From NCBI GenBank assembly GCA_017529875.1, contig JAFXNC010000004.1:1-64000 (forward strand): a stretch of DNA of 64,000 nt. Reading direction: 5' to 3'. The position numbers and the translations under genes were made by a program. The notes under the pieces were generated by a model, which saw only the letters and a list, made by a program, of their open reading frames with translations, was not told the origin of the DNA and searched no databases. Position 1 is the stretch's first letter; each line of letters opens with the position of its first letter. The DNA comes from Ruminococcus sp. GTDB lineage: Bacteria > Bacillota > Clostridia > Oscillospirales > Ruminococcaceae. Positions 9,918 through 19,066 of the stretch are shown here, piece by piece.

Positions 9918-10114
9918 CTTTCTTCTCCTTCTTTATATTGTTAATAACATATTACTCCGTCTTTAATAATTATATCACAGGGCACATATTACGTCAATTA
10001 AGCTAATCAGAGAATTTGTACAAATATCATGTGATAATATAGTAACATTACACAAAAGTAATATCTATCCGGCTCGCTTACACGGCAGGCGTCCTGAAAA
10101 CACCCAGGCTGATG

Positions 10115-10183
10115 TCAGACAGCGAACAGTGATACGGTCAGCGCAAGTGCGCTGAGCAGGGCGGTGATGCGGTGTTTTCTCAT
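10115..10183 (-). CDS. candidate small ORF (22 aa, MRKHRITALLSALALTVSLFAV) with strong SD
   Basis: AGGAGGT 8 nt upstream of ATG; basic N-terminus followed by a hydrophobic helix; not in the ORF track because of its size. Confidence 0.25.
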   Translation of the reverse strand: MRKHRITALLSALALTVSLFAV

Positions 10184-10387
10184 ATAGCTTATACCTCCTG
10201 CGGGGTCTGACGTTACAATCTCACAATAGTATATTAACATACTATTCTCATTGCGTCAAGTTTTTGCCGTTGTGAGAACTGTTCAAATCTTAACATTCTG
10301 TAAATCATCTATAAATAACTTGCAATTTTCATGTTTTTGTTATAAAATTAACTTAGCTATACATATATATAATAAGGAGTGAACAAA

Positions 10388-12076
10388 ATGCTTGTCTTAT
10401 CCGGAAAACCTGTTTTCGGAGGGATCGCAAGAGGAAAGCTTTTCTACTTCCAGCAGGATGAAAATGAAGTAGTCAAGCGGCTGATCAAGGATACCGACCG
10501 CGAGCTGGGCAGATACGAGACTGCCAAAAAGCACGCCCTCGAGGAGCTCGATGAGCTTTATTCAAAGGCCATCGAAAAGGTGGGCGAGAACGACGCCAGC
10601 ATCTTCATCATACACAAAATGCTCATCGAGGACAGCACCTTCGATTCCGGCGTCCGCGACAGGATCAAAAACGACCGTTTCAGCGCCGATTACGCCGTGG
10701 CGCAGACCTCCCGCGACCTTTCCGCAGCCTTCTCGAATTTAGGCTCAAACTATATCAAGGAGCGTGCCGCCGACCTTAAAGACGTCTGCGACAGGCTGAT
10801 CCGCCATATCCAGAATAAGGACGAAAAGCGCATCGAGCTCAATGAAAAGGTCATCCTCTGCGCCGACGACCTCATGCCCTCCGAGACCATGCAGATCGAC
10901 CTTTCAAATGTGCTTGCCATAATCACCCGTTACGGCTCATCCAATTCCCATACCGCTATCCTCGCCCGCACCATGAACATCCCCGCCATTATCGGCATCG
11001 GTGCGGACAGGCTCAGTATGCTCAGAGATATGGAGGCTATCGTTGACGGTTACAGCGGCTCTGTATATATAGAGCCCGACGAGGCCGCACTGCGCAGGAT
11101 CGAACAGCTGGAGGAAAACGAGGCCAAGAAGCGCGAGATGCTCAAACGCTTCAAAGGCAGAAAGAACGTCACCCTCGACGGCACCGAGATCGAGGTCTTC
11201 GCCAACATCGCCGGACTCAACGACCTCAACTACGCTCTGGAAAACGACGCCGGCGGCATAGGGCTGTTCAGAAGCGAGTTCCTCTATCTTGGGCGCATCC
11301 ATATGCCCGACGAGGACGAGCAGTACTTCAACTACCGCCAGGTGCTTGAACGCATGGGCGGCCGCAAGGTCATAATCAGAACAATGGACGCCGGCGCCGA
11401 CAAGAACATCAAGTCCTTCGGCCTGGCCAAGGAAGAAAACCCCGCTCTCGGAGTGCGCTCCATAAGGCTCTGCCTGCTGCGCCCCGAGATGTTCAAGACC
11501 CAGCTCAGGGCGCTGTTCAGGGCATCCATGTACGGCGACCTGTCCATCATGCTGCCCCTCGTCACCGCCACCGAGGAGATACACCGTGCCAAAGTCCTCA
11601 TCGAGGAGGCCAAGGATCAGCTCCGCGCCAAGGGCGTGCCCTTCAAGGAGAACGTGCCCATCGGCATCATGGTGGAGACCCCTGCGGCTGTGCTCATGAG
11701 CGAGGATTTCGCCCGGGAGGTGGACTTCTTCTCCATAGGCACCAACGACTTGGAGCAGTATATCATGGCTCTTGACCGCCAGAACCTGACCCTCGAGACC
11801 TACTACGAGCATAAGGACCACGAGCCCCTGCTCCGCGCCATGAGAATGGTCTGCGACAACGCCCACCGCCACGGCATACCCGTAGGCATCTGCGGAGAGC
11901 TGGGCGCCGACCTGGAGCTGACCGAGGAATTCCTGAAAATGGGCATCGACGAGATCTCCGTGACCCCGTCACAGGTGCTGCCGCTGCGTCAGCGCATCAG
12001 GACTATCAAGCTCGACGAGCGCAAGCAGCTTTTCGACCCTGCCGCCGTCAAGACTATCAACAGCGATACCTGGTAA
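10388..12076 (+). CDS. ptsI: phosphoenolpyruvate--protein phosphotransferase (PTS Enzyme I)
   Basis: PEP-utilizing-enzyme N-terminal, mobile and TIM-barrel domains, conserved His region (GSSNSHTAILARTMNIPAI); AAGGAG RBS before ATG 10388. Confidence 0.9.
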   Translation: MLVLSGKPVFGGIARGKLFYFQQDENEVVKRLIKDTDRELGRYETAKKHALEELDELYSKAIEKVGENDASIFIIHKMLIEDSTFDSGVRDRIKNDRFSADYAVAQTSRDLSAAFSNLGSNYIKERAADLKDVCDRLIRHIQNKDEKRIELNEKVILCADDLMPSETMQIDLSNVLAIITRYGSSNSHTAILARTMNIPAIIGIGADRLSMLRDMEAIVDGYSGSVYIEPDEAALRRIEQLEENEAKKREMLKRFKGRKNVTLDGTEIEVFANIAGLNDLNYALENDAGGIGLFRSEFLYLGRIHMPDEDEQYFNYRQVLERMGGRKVIIRTMDAGADKNIKSFGLAKEENPALGVRSIRLCLLRPEMFKTQLRALFRASMYGDLSIMLPLVTATEEIHRAKVLIEEAKDQLRAKGVPFKENVPIGIMVETPAAVLMSEDFAREVDFFSIGTNDLEQYIMALDRQNLTLETYYEHKDHEPLLRAMRMVCDNAHRHGIPVGICGELGADLELTEEFLKMGIDEISVTPSQVLPLRQRIRTIKLDERKQLFDPAAVKTINSDTW

Positions 12077-12083
12077 AAAAAGC

Positions 12084-12118
12084 AAATAACCGCCCGGCTG
12101 AGCCTCAGCCGGGCGGTC
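12084..12118. terminator. bidirectional rho-independent terminator (ptsI / flotillin convergent)
   Basis: 13-bp perfect stem CCGCCCGGCTGAG-cc-TCAGCCGGGCGG with A-run before and T-run after. Confidence 0.8.
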
Positions 12119-12132
12119 TTGTTATGTCTTGC

Positions 12133-13590
12133 TTACTTCTTGTCGATGATCTCGGCGGAGCCGTCTACGCTCTCAACGTTCTCCTCAGCGGCACGCTTGA
12201 TAGCCTCCTCGCGGGACTTTTCAAGTGCGTCGGTGATGTCCTTGCCGAGGAAATCCGGCAGCTCCATACCGGCCTGCTTGAACAGGTCGCCCAGCGGAGG
12301 AACGCTCTTCATCAGACCGCTTAGAAAGTTGGCGGTAGAGCCTGAGCCGTTGCCGCTGGCACCGGAATCCCAAACGGTGATCTTGTCGATCTTGATGTTC
12401 TTGATAGCCTCAACCTGGATAGCTACCAGCTGCTCCAGCTTGTCAGCCACGATCAGCTTAACAGCTGCATCTGCATCGCCGCCGGCAGCCTGCACCAGTC
12501 TGCGCATACCTTCGGCCTGCTTGGTGAGTATCTCCTGATTACCTTTAGCCTCTGCCTCCATCTTGGCAAAGATAGCGTCCGCTTCGCCTCGTGCCTTGCG
12601 CCTTGCCACCTCGGCCTCCGCCTCTGCGGCGATCTCGGCCTGCTGCTTGGCGACCTGAGCCTTAACGATGATATCAGCCTGCTGAGTAGCTCTTTCCAGT
12701 TCGGCACGGGTACGCTCTGCTTCCTGCTGAGCAACGTAGGCTTCCTGCTTTGCCTTTGCAGCCTGAACGGCCTCGGCAGCGGTAGCCTGACGCAGAGCCT
12801 CGGCCTCTGCCTCACGGCGCTTGGCCTCGGACTGAGCGACCTCGATCTTGGCGGCGTTTTCACCGTCGATAGCGAATGCGTTGGCGGATGCTACCTGGAT
12901 ACGCTGATCCTTCTGAGCGTTGGCCTGACCGATCTCACCGTCGCGGTGTTTTTCGGCAACAGACTTCTTCGCGTCGTTGATAGCCTTGGCGGCAGCCTCT
13001 TTACCGAGAGATTCCAGATATCCGGACTCATCGGTGATATCCGTTACGTTTACGTTGATAAGTCTCAGACCGATCTTTTTCAGCTCGATCTCCACGTTGT
13101 TCGATACCGCGATCAGGAACTTGTCACGGTCGGAGTTGATCTCCTCGATGTCCATCGTTGCGATGATAAGACGGAGCTGACCGAAGATGATATCCTTTGC
13201 AAGCTCCTGCACCTCGAGCATTTTCAGTCCGAGAAGACGCTCAGCCGCGTTCTGCATAACGCCGGGCTCGGTGGAGATGCCCACCGTGAATCTCGAAGGC
13301 ACGTTGATACGGATGTTCTGCTTCGAGAGGGCGTTTTTCAGATCGACGTTGATGGAGATCGGCGTCAGATCCATGTACTGGTAGCTTTGCAGCACCGGCA
13401 CGATGAAGGCCGCGCCGCCGTGGATGCACTTGGCGCTCTTGGTCTGACCGTTCTTGTCGGTGCCGACCTTACCGTAGATGACCAGCACCTTGTCGGACGG
13501 GCACTTGCGGTACCTTGACAGTATCGCCGCGATAGCCGCGAACAATACTACTGCCACCACGCAGATGATGATGATTGTTTCAACTGGCAT
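12133..13590 (-). CDS. flotillin family protein (SPFH/band-7, YqiK/FloA-like)
   Basis: N-terminal TM; SPFH domain; long Ala/Glu/Gln-rich coiled-coil flotillin repeats. Confidence 0.9.
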   Translation of the reverse strand: MPVETIIIICVVAVVLFAAIAAILSRYRKCPSDKVLVIYGKVGTDKNGQTKSAKCIHGGAAFIVPVLQSYQYMDLTPISINVDLKNALSKQNIRINVPSRFTVGISTEPGVMQNAAERLLGLKMLEVQELAKDIIFGQLRLIIATMDIEEINSDRDKFLIAVSNNVEIELKKIGLRLINVNVTDITDESGYLESLGKEAAAKAINDAKKSVAEKHRDGEIGQANAQKDQRIQVASANAFAIDGENAAKIEVAQSEAKRREAEAEALRQATAAEAVQAAKAKQEAYVAQQEAERTRAELERATQQADIIVKAQVAKQQAEIAAEAEAEVARRKARGEADAIFAKMEAEAKGNQEILTKQAEGMRRLVQAAGGDADAAVKLIVADKLEQLVAIQVEAIKNIKIDKITVWDSGASGNGSGSTANFLSGLMKSVPPLGDLFKQAGMELPDFLGKDITDALEKSREEAIKRAAEENVESVDGSAEIIDKK

Positions 13591-13633
13591 ATTGTTTTCC
13601 TCCTTCTGTTTAAAAACAAAATTGCTCTACATT

Positions 13634-13662
13634 ATTATACAATACAAGTTACCGTATTGCAA
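13634..13662 (-). promoter_or_regulatory. sigma-70 promoter for flotillin gene (TTGCAA-17-TGTATAAT, extended -10)
   Basis: Reverse-strand reading ttgcaatacggtaacttgtattgtataat. Confidence 0.5.
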
Positions 13663-13781
13663 TATTTTTTTACGAAGATATTAACTATTGTTTGATTTGC
13701 ACAAAACCTACCGTTGAAATCTATGCACTATTTTGCGGGATTTTGTCTTGCCGTTTTATCCGGGCGGTATCGGCTGCCGGC

Positions 13782-14345
13782 TTACCTTACTATCTTATTC
13801 AGATATCTGTACGCCGCATGATCGCCCACTATCACAAAAGCATCCGGTGCCTTGGGGTCTATACATATTCTCACGGTCTGTCCCTCCCGGAGCCGCAGTT
13901 CCCGGTCGCTGACGAAACGGAAGTATTCAAGCTCCCGTTTTTTGCCGTCAAGCATCACCCGGACGGTGGGCTTATATGACACTCTGCTGTCCTGTAAATT
14001 GTGATAGGCCTTGCGCATAGGCTGGGGATCGCCGGATCTGCCCCGACTTTTTTTGAAAGCCCGCAATTCGAGCTTCTGAGTTTTCACCGCCTCAAGCCCC
14101 ACCACCTCCGCCGGGAGTATCATCCCCCGCCGGGATGCGGTCTCAAGGAGCCTGTCGCCCTCGCCGTGGAGTACGCCGCTGCGTTTGAGTCTGCTGACAA
14201 CGAGAACTGATGTTCCGATGACCAGTATTAGTGCCACTAAAATTATCATCCCATAGTAGACCAGCAGCAGAACGTGTCCCGAAAAGTGTCCCGTGGGATG
14301 CTCCTCGGCGGCACTCAGGTATGCGAAGGCGGTATCAATCCTCAC
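13782..14345 (-). CDS. membrane protein of unknown function in NfeD-flotillin operon (DUF3592-like)
   Basis: Central TM segment; overlaps NfeD-like gene by 11 nt. Confidence 0.45.
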   Translation of the reverse strand: MRIDTAFAYLSAAEEHPTGHFSGHVLLLVYYGMIILVALILVIGTSVLVVSRLKRSGVLHGEGDRLLETASRRGMILPAEVVGLEAVKTQKLELRAFKKSRGRSGDPQPMRKAYHNLQDSRVSYKPTVRVMLDGKKRELEYFRFVSDRELRLREGQTVRICIDPKAPDAFVIVGDHAAYRYLNKIVR

Positions 14346-15036
14346 GCTCTACCACCACGGTATCGCCCCGCAGATCGGTGACCCGCACCTGTGTGCCGGT
14401 CCTGATAGTTTCTTCGCCCGCCGTCACCGCGGAAAGCTCCCTGAGCTGTCCCTGCACAGTGACGTTGACCTTGCCCTCGCCCTGACCCTTTCCGGGTATG
14501 GGAATGTAGACCGTACCGGTCAGACCCAGGCAGTTGCGCACATCGAGGGTGCCGTTCTCGGCGAGCTTAGCGGAGAGCTGCACGATCTTGGCGATAGCGA
14601 ACATCACTATGAAGCCCAGCGCAAAGCCTATCGCGAAAGCCAGTCCCTGGGGCAGGCCGCCCTGTATCGCCACGATAGTCGTCCAGCTGAACACCGTCAA
14701 AAACGCCACGATGGTTTGCAGGGTGAACATCCTCATGGTGCCGAAATCCGAGGGGTTCCCGCCGTCCACCGAATGACCGCCCGCCATGTCGTGTCCGAGG
14801 GACATATCGTGCATGGCAGCTCCGGATATATCGGTATGTACGTCGAATCCGCCGTGCATCCCGCCGCCGTCGAAGTCTATGCCCGAGGTGTCGGACACAT
14901 CAAAGCCCGCGCCTCCCGCGTGTGCGCCGACGATTATCGCCAGCAGCGTTTGTATCAGCAGCAGCAGCGTCGAGGGCAGTGCTATGCAGTAGAGCACTTT
15001 AAGCACCGTGCTTAATCCTTCCCACCATTCATTCAT
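14335..15036 (-). CDS. NfeD family membrane protein (YqiJ-like, C-terminal OB-fold)
   Basis: Multi-TM N-terminus and C-terminal beta OB-fold; canonical partner placed upstream of flotillin. Confidence 0.75.
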   Translation of the reverse strand: MNEWWEGLSTVLKVLYCIALPSTLLLLIQTLLAIIVGAHAGGAGFDVSDTSGIDFDGGGMHGGFDVHTDISGAAMHDMSLGHDMAGGHSVDGGNPSDFGTMRMFTLQTIVAFLTVFSWTTIVAIQGGLPQGLAFAIGFALGFIVMFAIAKIVQLSAKLAENGTLDVRNCLGLTGTVYIPIPGKGQGEGKVNVTVQGQLRELSAVTAGEETIRTGTQVRVTDLRGDTVVVERED

Positions 15037-15076
15037 ATCTGTCTCTCCCTTCGGTCATATATTTTGTTTCTGCGAA

Positions 15077-15093
15077 TGTAAATCTCATTTACA
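15077..15093. promoter_or_regulatory. palindromic operator TGTAAATctcATTTACA at nfeD-flotillin promoter
   Basis: Perfect 7-bp inverted repeat immediately downstream of the -10 of the reverse-strand promoter. Confidence 0.55.
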
Positions 15094-15096
15094 TAG

Positions 15097-15125
15097 ATTA
15101 TATAACGTTTTCGCTCGTTTGTCAA
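15097..15125 (-). promoter_or_regulatory. perfect-consensus sigma-70 promoter (TTGACA-17-TATAAT) for nfeD-DUF-flotillin operon
   Basis: Reverse complement reads ttgacaaacgagcgaaaacgttatataat. Confidence 0.65.
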
Positions 15126-15220
15126 TAGCTTTTTGCTAAAATTTTTTGGTCTCGTTTTGTATAGTATTCACAAAAACGCGGTTTTGTGCAAGTTTTTTAA
15201 ACCAAAATCACTTCTGCCTA

Positions 15221-15249
15221 TTGACAAAGCATGGTTCTGTTGCTATAAT
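15221..15249 (+). promoter_or_regulatory. perfect-consensus sigma-70 promoter (TTGACA-17-TGcTATAAT) for XRE regulator gene
   Basis: ttgacaaagcatggttctgttgctataat. Confidence 0.65.
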
Positions 15250-15251
15250 AA

Positions 15252-15269
15252 ATGTAAATTAGATTTACC
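15252..15269. promoter_or_regulatory. second copy of palindromic operator TGTAAATtagATTTAC at +1 of XRE promoter
   Basis: Same half-sites as the 15077-15093 element. Confidence 0.55.
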
Positions 15270-15418
15270 TCGACAGCATCAAACGCGCAACAGGATATCC
15301 CCGAAAGGCAGATATCCTGCTGCGCACCCTCCATACCGCCCCGGCGGGGAGGCATAGGTTATATAGAAACTTGTCAGTCTGCCACAGACTGCTCATCCGA
15401 AGGAAAGGAGGAACCATT

Positions 15419-15973
15419 ATGAACAGCAACGAGCTTGGACGGCGTATCAAAGAAGCGCGGCTTGCCAAAAAGCTGACCCAGGCCGAGGTGGTGGGGGACT
15501 TCATCACAAGGAATATGCTCAGCCAGATCGAGAGCGGCGCGGCGCTGCCCTCGGTGAAGACCCTCGAGTATCTGAGCCGGGTGCTGGAGGTGCCTATGGC
15601 GCAGCTGATGCCGGAGGAGGAGCCCTCCGCCGACGGCGCCGCCGATTACATGAGCGCCAGGGCTCTGTTCAATAAAGAGGATTACGCCCGCGTAGCCGAC
15701 CTGCCGGATATCCCCGGCTTCTCCGACGAGCTCACCGCCCTGCGGGCAAGAGCCTGCCTGGAGCTGGCACGACGCGCCGACAGCAAGGACATAGGCGCCC
15801 TGCAAAAGGCCGCCGAGCTTGCACGGCAGGCAGTACAGCTCTCGGACAAGGGGCTGTTCGCCAACGCCTCTGTCAGGTCTGAGGCGCTGCTGCTGCTCAA
15901 CACCCTTGCAGGACAGCTCTCGGATTACTACAAGAGCATGATAGATTCCGAGCTGGACAGCGTCAAACTCTGA
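15419..15973 (+). CDS. XRE-family helix-turn-helix transcriptional regulator with C-terminal helical domain
   Basis: Start at internal ATG 15419 (AAAGGAGG RBS); HTH_3 motif LTQAEVVGDFITRNMLSQIESG. Confidence 0.8.
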   Translation: MNSNELGRRIKEARLAKKLTQAEVVGDFITRNMLSQIESGAALPSVKTLEYLSRVLEVPMAQLMPEEEPSADGAADYMSARALFNKEDYARVADLPDIPGFSDELTALRARACLELARRADSKDIGALQKAAELARQAVQLSDKGLFANASVRSEALLLLNTLAGQLSDYYKSMIDSELDSVKL

Positions 15974-16043
15974 ACGCCCCAAAACTCACACAAAAACCCT
16001 CCCGGGCATAGAATAAAACATCAAATCACTGGGAGGTATTTCA

Positions 16044-17117
16044 ATGTCAGAGACCTATTTTCTCGGTGCGGTCAGCGGCGGGAGCTTCAGAACCGAGTTC
16101 GGCAGCATCATCGCCGACAGCTCGTACTTTACCTACATTTTGAAGGGCGGCGCAGGTACGGGCAAGTCTTCCATGATGAAGCGCATCGCGGAGCATTTCG
16201 AGAACCGCTTCCACATAGTCCGCTACTGCTGCTCCTCCGACCCCGGCTCCCTTGACGCCGTGGTGATACCGGAGCTTAAGACCGCAGTATGCGACGGCAC
16301 CGCGCCCCATGTTTTCGAGCCGGTCTACCCCGGCATATGCCAGCAGTATATCGACCTGGGCCAGTACTGGGACAGCGCCAGATTATCCGAAAACCGGGCC
16401 GGCATCATCGACGCCGCCGACCGCAACCGCTCCCTGCTCTCGCGGGCAAAGCGCTTCACCTCGGCAGCCGCCGATATCTGCTCGGATACGTTCCAGATCG
16501 GCGCAGACTGCCTGCTGGCGGAAAAGCTGGAGGGCTTCGTGGGCAGGACTGCCAAAAAGCTGCTGGGCAGAAAAAGCGGCGGGGAGGGGAGCCGCCGGCT
16601 GCTGCGCCTCACCGCCCTCACCGAGTACGGGATAATGACCCACCACGAAACGCTGGAGAGCTGCTTTGACGTATTCACGCTGCGCGACGAGCTTTACGCC
16701 GCCACGGACTACCTGCTGTCGCGGCTGGCTGACGAGGCCTGTCTGCGGGGCTTTGACGTGATACTCTCGCCGGATCAGATGCTCTCCGACGCCGCCTATC
16801 AGCATCTTGTGATACCGGAGCTGGGCATCGCCTTCATCAGCGGCACCGCAGCAGCAGAATCTCAGCACCGCGGGGCGCAGCGGCTCAATCTCATGCGCTT
16901 CTACGACAAGAGCCTGCTCACCGCCCGCCGCATACGCATCAGGATGAACCGTCAGGCCGCGGCTGACCTGACAACAGAGGCGGCGGCAGCCATACGCGAG
17001 GCCAAGGCCGTCCACGACGAGCTTGAAACCTACTACATCGCCGCTATGGATCACCCCGCCCTCGACAAGCTCACGGATAAGATCATTTCCGACACCGAAA
17101 GCAAGATACCAAAATAA
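16044..17117 (+). CDS. uncharacterized P-loop ATPase (Walker A GGAGTGKSS)
   Basis: 357 aa; GGAGTGKSS Walker A near N-terminus; no recognisable family beyond P-loop NTPase. Confidence 0.45.
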   Translation: MSETYFLGAVSGGSFRTEFGSIIADSSYFTYILKGGAGTGKSSMMKRIAEHFENRFHIVRYCCSSDPGSLDAVVIPELKTAVCDGTAPHVFEPVYPGICQQYIDLGQYWDSARLSENRAGIIDAADRNRSLLSRAKRFTSAAADICSDTFQIGADCLLAEKLEGFVGRTAKKLLGRKSGGEGSRRLLRLTALTEYGIMTHHETLESCFDVFTLRDELYAATDYLLSRLADEACLRGFDVILSPDQMLSDAAYQHLVIPELGIAFISGTAAAESQHRGAQRLNLMRFYDKSLLTARRIRIRMNRQAAADLTTEAAAAIREAKAVHDELETYYIAAMDHPALDKLTDKIISDTESKIPK

Positions 17118-17135
17118 TACAACGGAGGTACAGAT

Positions 17136-17702
17136 ATGCTGCTTTTCATCAACGCCTGTGTAAGATCCTGCTCCCGCACCAAACGCCTTGCAGACCGCCT
17201 GCTGACTGAGCTGGGGGGTGCGGACAAAGAGCTTAAACTGGGGGAGATCAAATTCCCCGTCACCGACGAGAGCTATCTCAGGATGCGCGACCGCCTTATC
17301 GCCGGCGGAGAGTTCTGCCACGAGGCCTTGAAGTACGCCCGGGAATTTGCCGCGGCAGATACCATAGTCATCGCGGCGCCCTACTGGGATCTGTCCTTCC
17401 CGGCGCAGCTCAAGGAGTATATCGAGAAGATCTGCGTCATAGGCGTGACCTTCGGCTATACCGAGGACGGGCAGCGCATCGGCCTGTGCAAGGCCAAACG
17501 CCTCTACTACGTCACCACCTCCGGCGGCAGGATCGAAAGCGAGGAGTTCGGCTTCGGGTATATCAAGTATCTGGCGCAGTCCTTCTACGGCATAGAGGAA
17601 TGTGTGCAGTTCAGAGCCGAGGGTCTCGACCTCATCGGCGCCGACGCGGAAGCAATACTGAAAAAAGCAGAGAAAGAGATAACAGAACACTTCAAGAGAT
17701 AA
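17136..17702 (+). CDS. flavodoxin-like fold NAD(P)H-dependent FMN oxidoreductase
   Basis: 188 aa; flavodoxin-like_fold family features (IVIAAPYWDLSFPAQLKEYIEK). Confidence 0.6.
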   Translation: MLLFINACVRSCSRTKRLADRLLTELGGADKELKLGEIKFPVTDESYLRMRDRLIAGGEFCHEALKYAREFAAADTIVIAAPYWDLSFPAQLKEYIEKICVIGVTFGYTEDGQRIGLCKAKRLYYVTTSGGRIESEEFGFGYIKYLAQSFYGIEECVQFRAEGLDLIGADAEAILKKAEKEITEHFKR

Positions 17703-17724
17703 CAGGCTTTTTTGAGGGAAAAAG

Positions 17725-17800
17725 CCAATAAACGAGGATCGCGGAGCGAGTCGGAGTTCGGGGAAAGCCCCGGCTCCGATACGCTCCGCGTCCGTTTTGT
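17725..17800. terminator. bidirectional terminator, long nested stem-loop
   Basis: cggagcgagtcggag...ctccgatacgctccg arms enclose an inner hairpin cggggaaagccccg; T-run follows. Confidence 0.6.
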
Positions 17801-17806
17801 GCGATG

Positions 17807-18715
17807 TTATTGTTTCAGCTCCGCGATGTACTTTATGGCCTCGGTAGCCGCCACAGCGCCGTCTGCCGCCGCCGTCACCAGCTGCCTAAGCTCCTTGGTG
17901 CGGTTGTCCCCCGCCGCGAAGATACCCGCAGCGTTGGTATGGCAGTTCTCGCCGGCTCTGATGTAGCCCCCCTCGTCCAGGTCGATGACGTCCCCGAAAT
18001 CCTTGTTCTCCGGGATGCGCCCGATAGCCGCGAAAAGCCCCTTGACCTCCAGCAGGGTCTTGCTGCCGTCGTTGTCGGTGACCTCCACCGCTTTGAGGCT
18101 GCCCTCGGCGATGAGCTTTGTAACACGGCTGTTGAGGACGAATTTCACATTCTCCCGCTCCCGCAGACGCGCCACCGTGGACTCGTCGGCGCGGAAGCCC
18201 TCACGCCTGTGGATAAGATAGACCGTATTGGCAAGATCGGCAAGATACAGCGCGTCTTCAAGGGCGGTATTGCCTCCGCCTACCACTGCAACGTCTTTCT
18301 TGCGGAAGAATGCTCCGTCGCAGGTGGCGCAGTAGCTGATGCCCCTGCCGATAAGCTCCTCCTCGCCCTCGATGCCCAGCCGGCGGTTCTCCGAGCCCAC
18401 CGCAACTATCACCGCGTGAGCCTCATAGCTGCCCCCTGAGGTGATCACAGTCTTGGTCTCGCCGTCCTTGATGGATACAGCTCTCTCGAATTTGAACTCC
18501 GCGCCCAGTGCAGTCGCCTGCTCATACATCTTCACCGCCAGGTCGAACCCCGAGATATGGGGGGCGGCAGGGTAGTTCTCGATATCCGGCGTGCTGACGA
18601 TCTGACCGCCGTAGCTGCGGGCTTCAAGCACCAGCACGCTCTTTTCTGCACGTCTTGCGTATATGGCGGCGGTCATGCCCGCAGGCCCCGCGCCAATGAT
18701 GATCATGTCGTACAT
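17807..18715 (-). CDS. trxB: thioredoxin-disulfide reductase
   Basis: Two FAD/NADPH GxGxxG motifs and CATC redox centre. Confidence 0.95.
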   Translation of the reverse strand: MYDMIIIGAGPAGMTAAIYARRAEKSVLVLEARSYGGQIVSTPDIENYPAAPHISGFDLAVKMYEQATALGAEFKFERAVSIKDGETKTVITSGGSYEAHAVIVAVGSENRRLGIEGEEELIGRGISYCATCDGAFFRKKDVAVVGGGNTALEDALYLADLANTVYLIHRREGFRADESTVARLRERENVKFVLNSRVTKLIAEGSLKAVEVTDNDGSKTLLEVKGLFAAIGRIPENKDFGDVIDLDEGGYIRAGENCHTNAAGIFAAGDNRTKELRQLVTAAADGAVAATEAIKYIAELKQ

Positions 18716-18718
18716 AAG

Positions 18719-19030
18719 TCAGCCTCCCACCAGCGCAAGTATCCTATCCTTGGGCACAAGGCCGACGCTGCGGTCTGTCTCCTGACCGCCCTTGAAGGCG
18801 ATGACGCAGGGTATGGATGAGATACCGTACTTCTCCGCCAGCTCCTCCTCGTCGTCAACGTTCACCGCCACCACCTTGACGTCGCTTCTCTCCGCGGCGA
18901 TCTGGTCGAGGGCGGGTCTCATCATGCGGCAGGGGCCGCACCAGTCTGCATAGAAATCCGCGATAACGGGCTTGTCCGAGGCAAGCACCTCCGTGTCAAA
19001 ATTCTCAAAGTTTACTTCCATAACGTTCAT
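18719..19030 (-). CDS. trxA: thioredoxin
   Basis: WCGPC active site, 103 aa. Confidence 0.95.
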   Translation of the reverse strand: MNVMEVNFENFDTEVLASDKPVIADFYADWCGPCRMMRPALDQIAAERSDVKVVAVNVDDEEELAEKYGISSIPCVIAFKGGQETDRSVGLVPKDRILALVGG

Positions 19031-19066
19031 ATCAGTATCTCCTTTCGCATTAAAGTCGAGGGCAGC

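Noticed and set aside
10184-10378. Possible catabolite-responsive (cre) site upstream of ptsI (TGAGAACTGTTCA)
   Set aside because: It matches the cre consensus poorly (mismatches at the central CG and at the 3' half-site).
12119-12538. 139-aa forward ORF overlapping the flotillin 3' end
   Set aside because: It is antisense to flotillin with a Ser/Leu-rich low-complexity translation.
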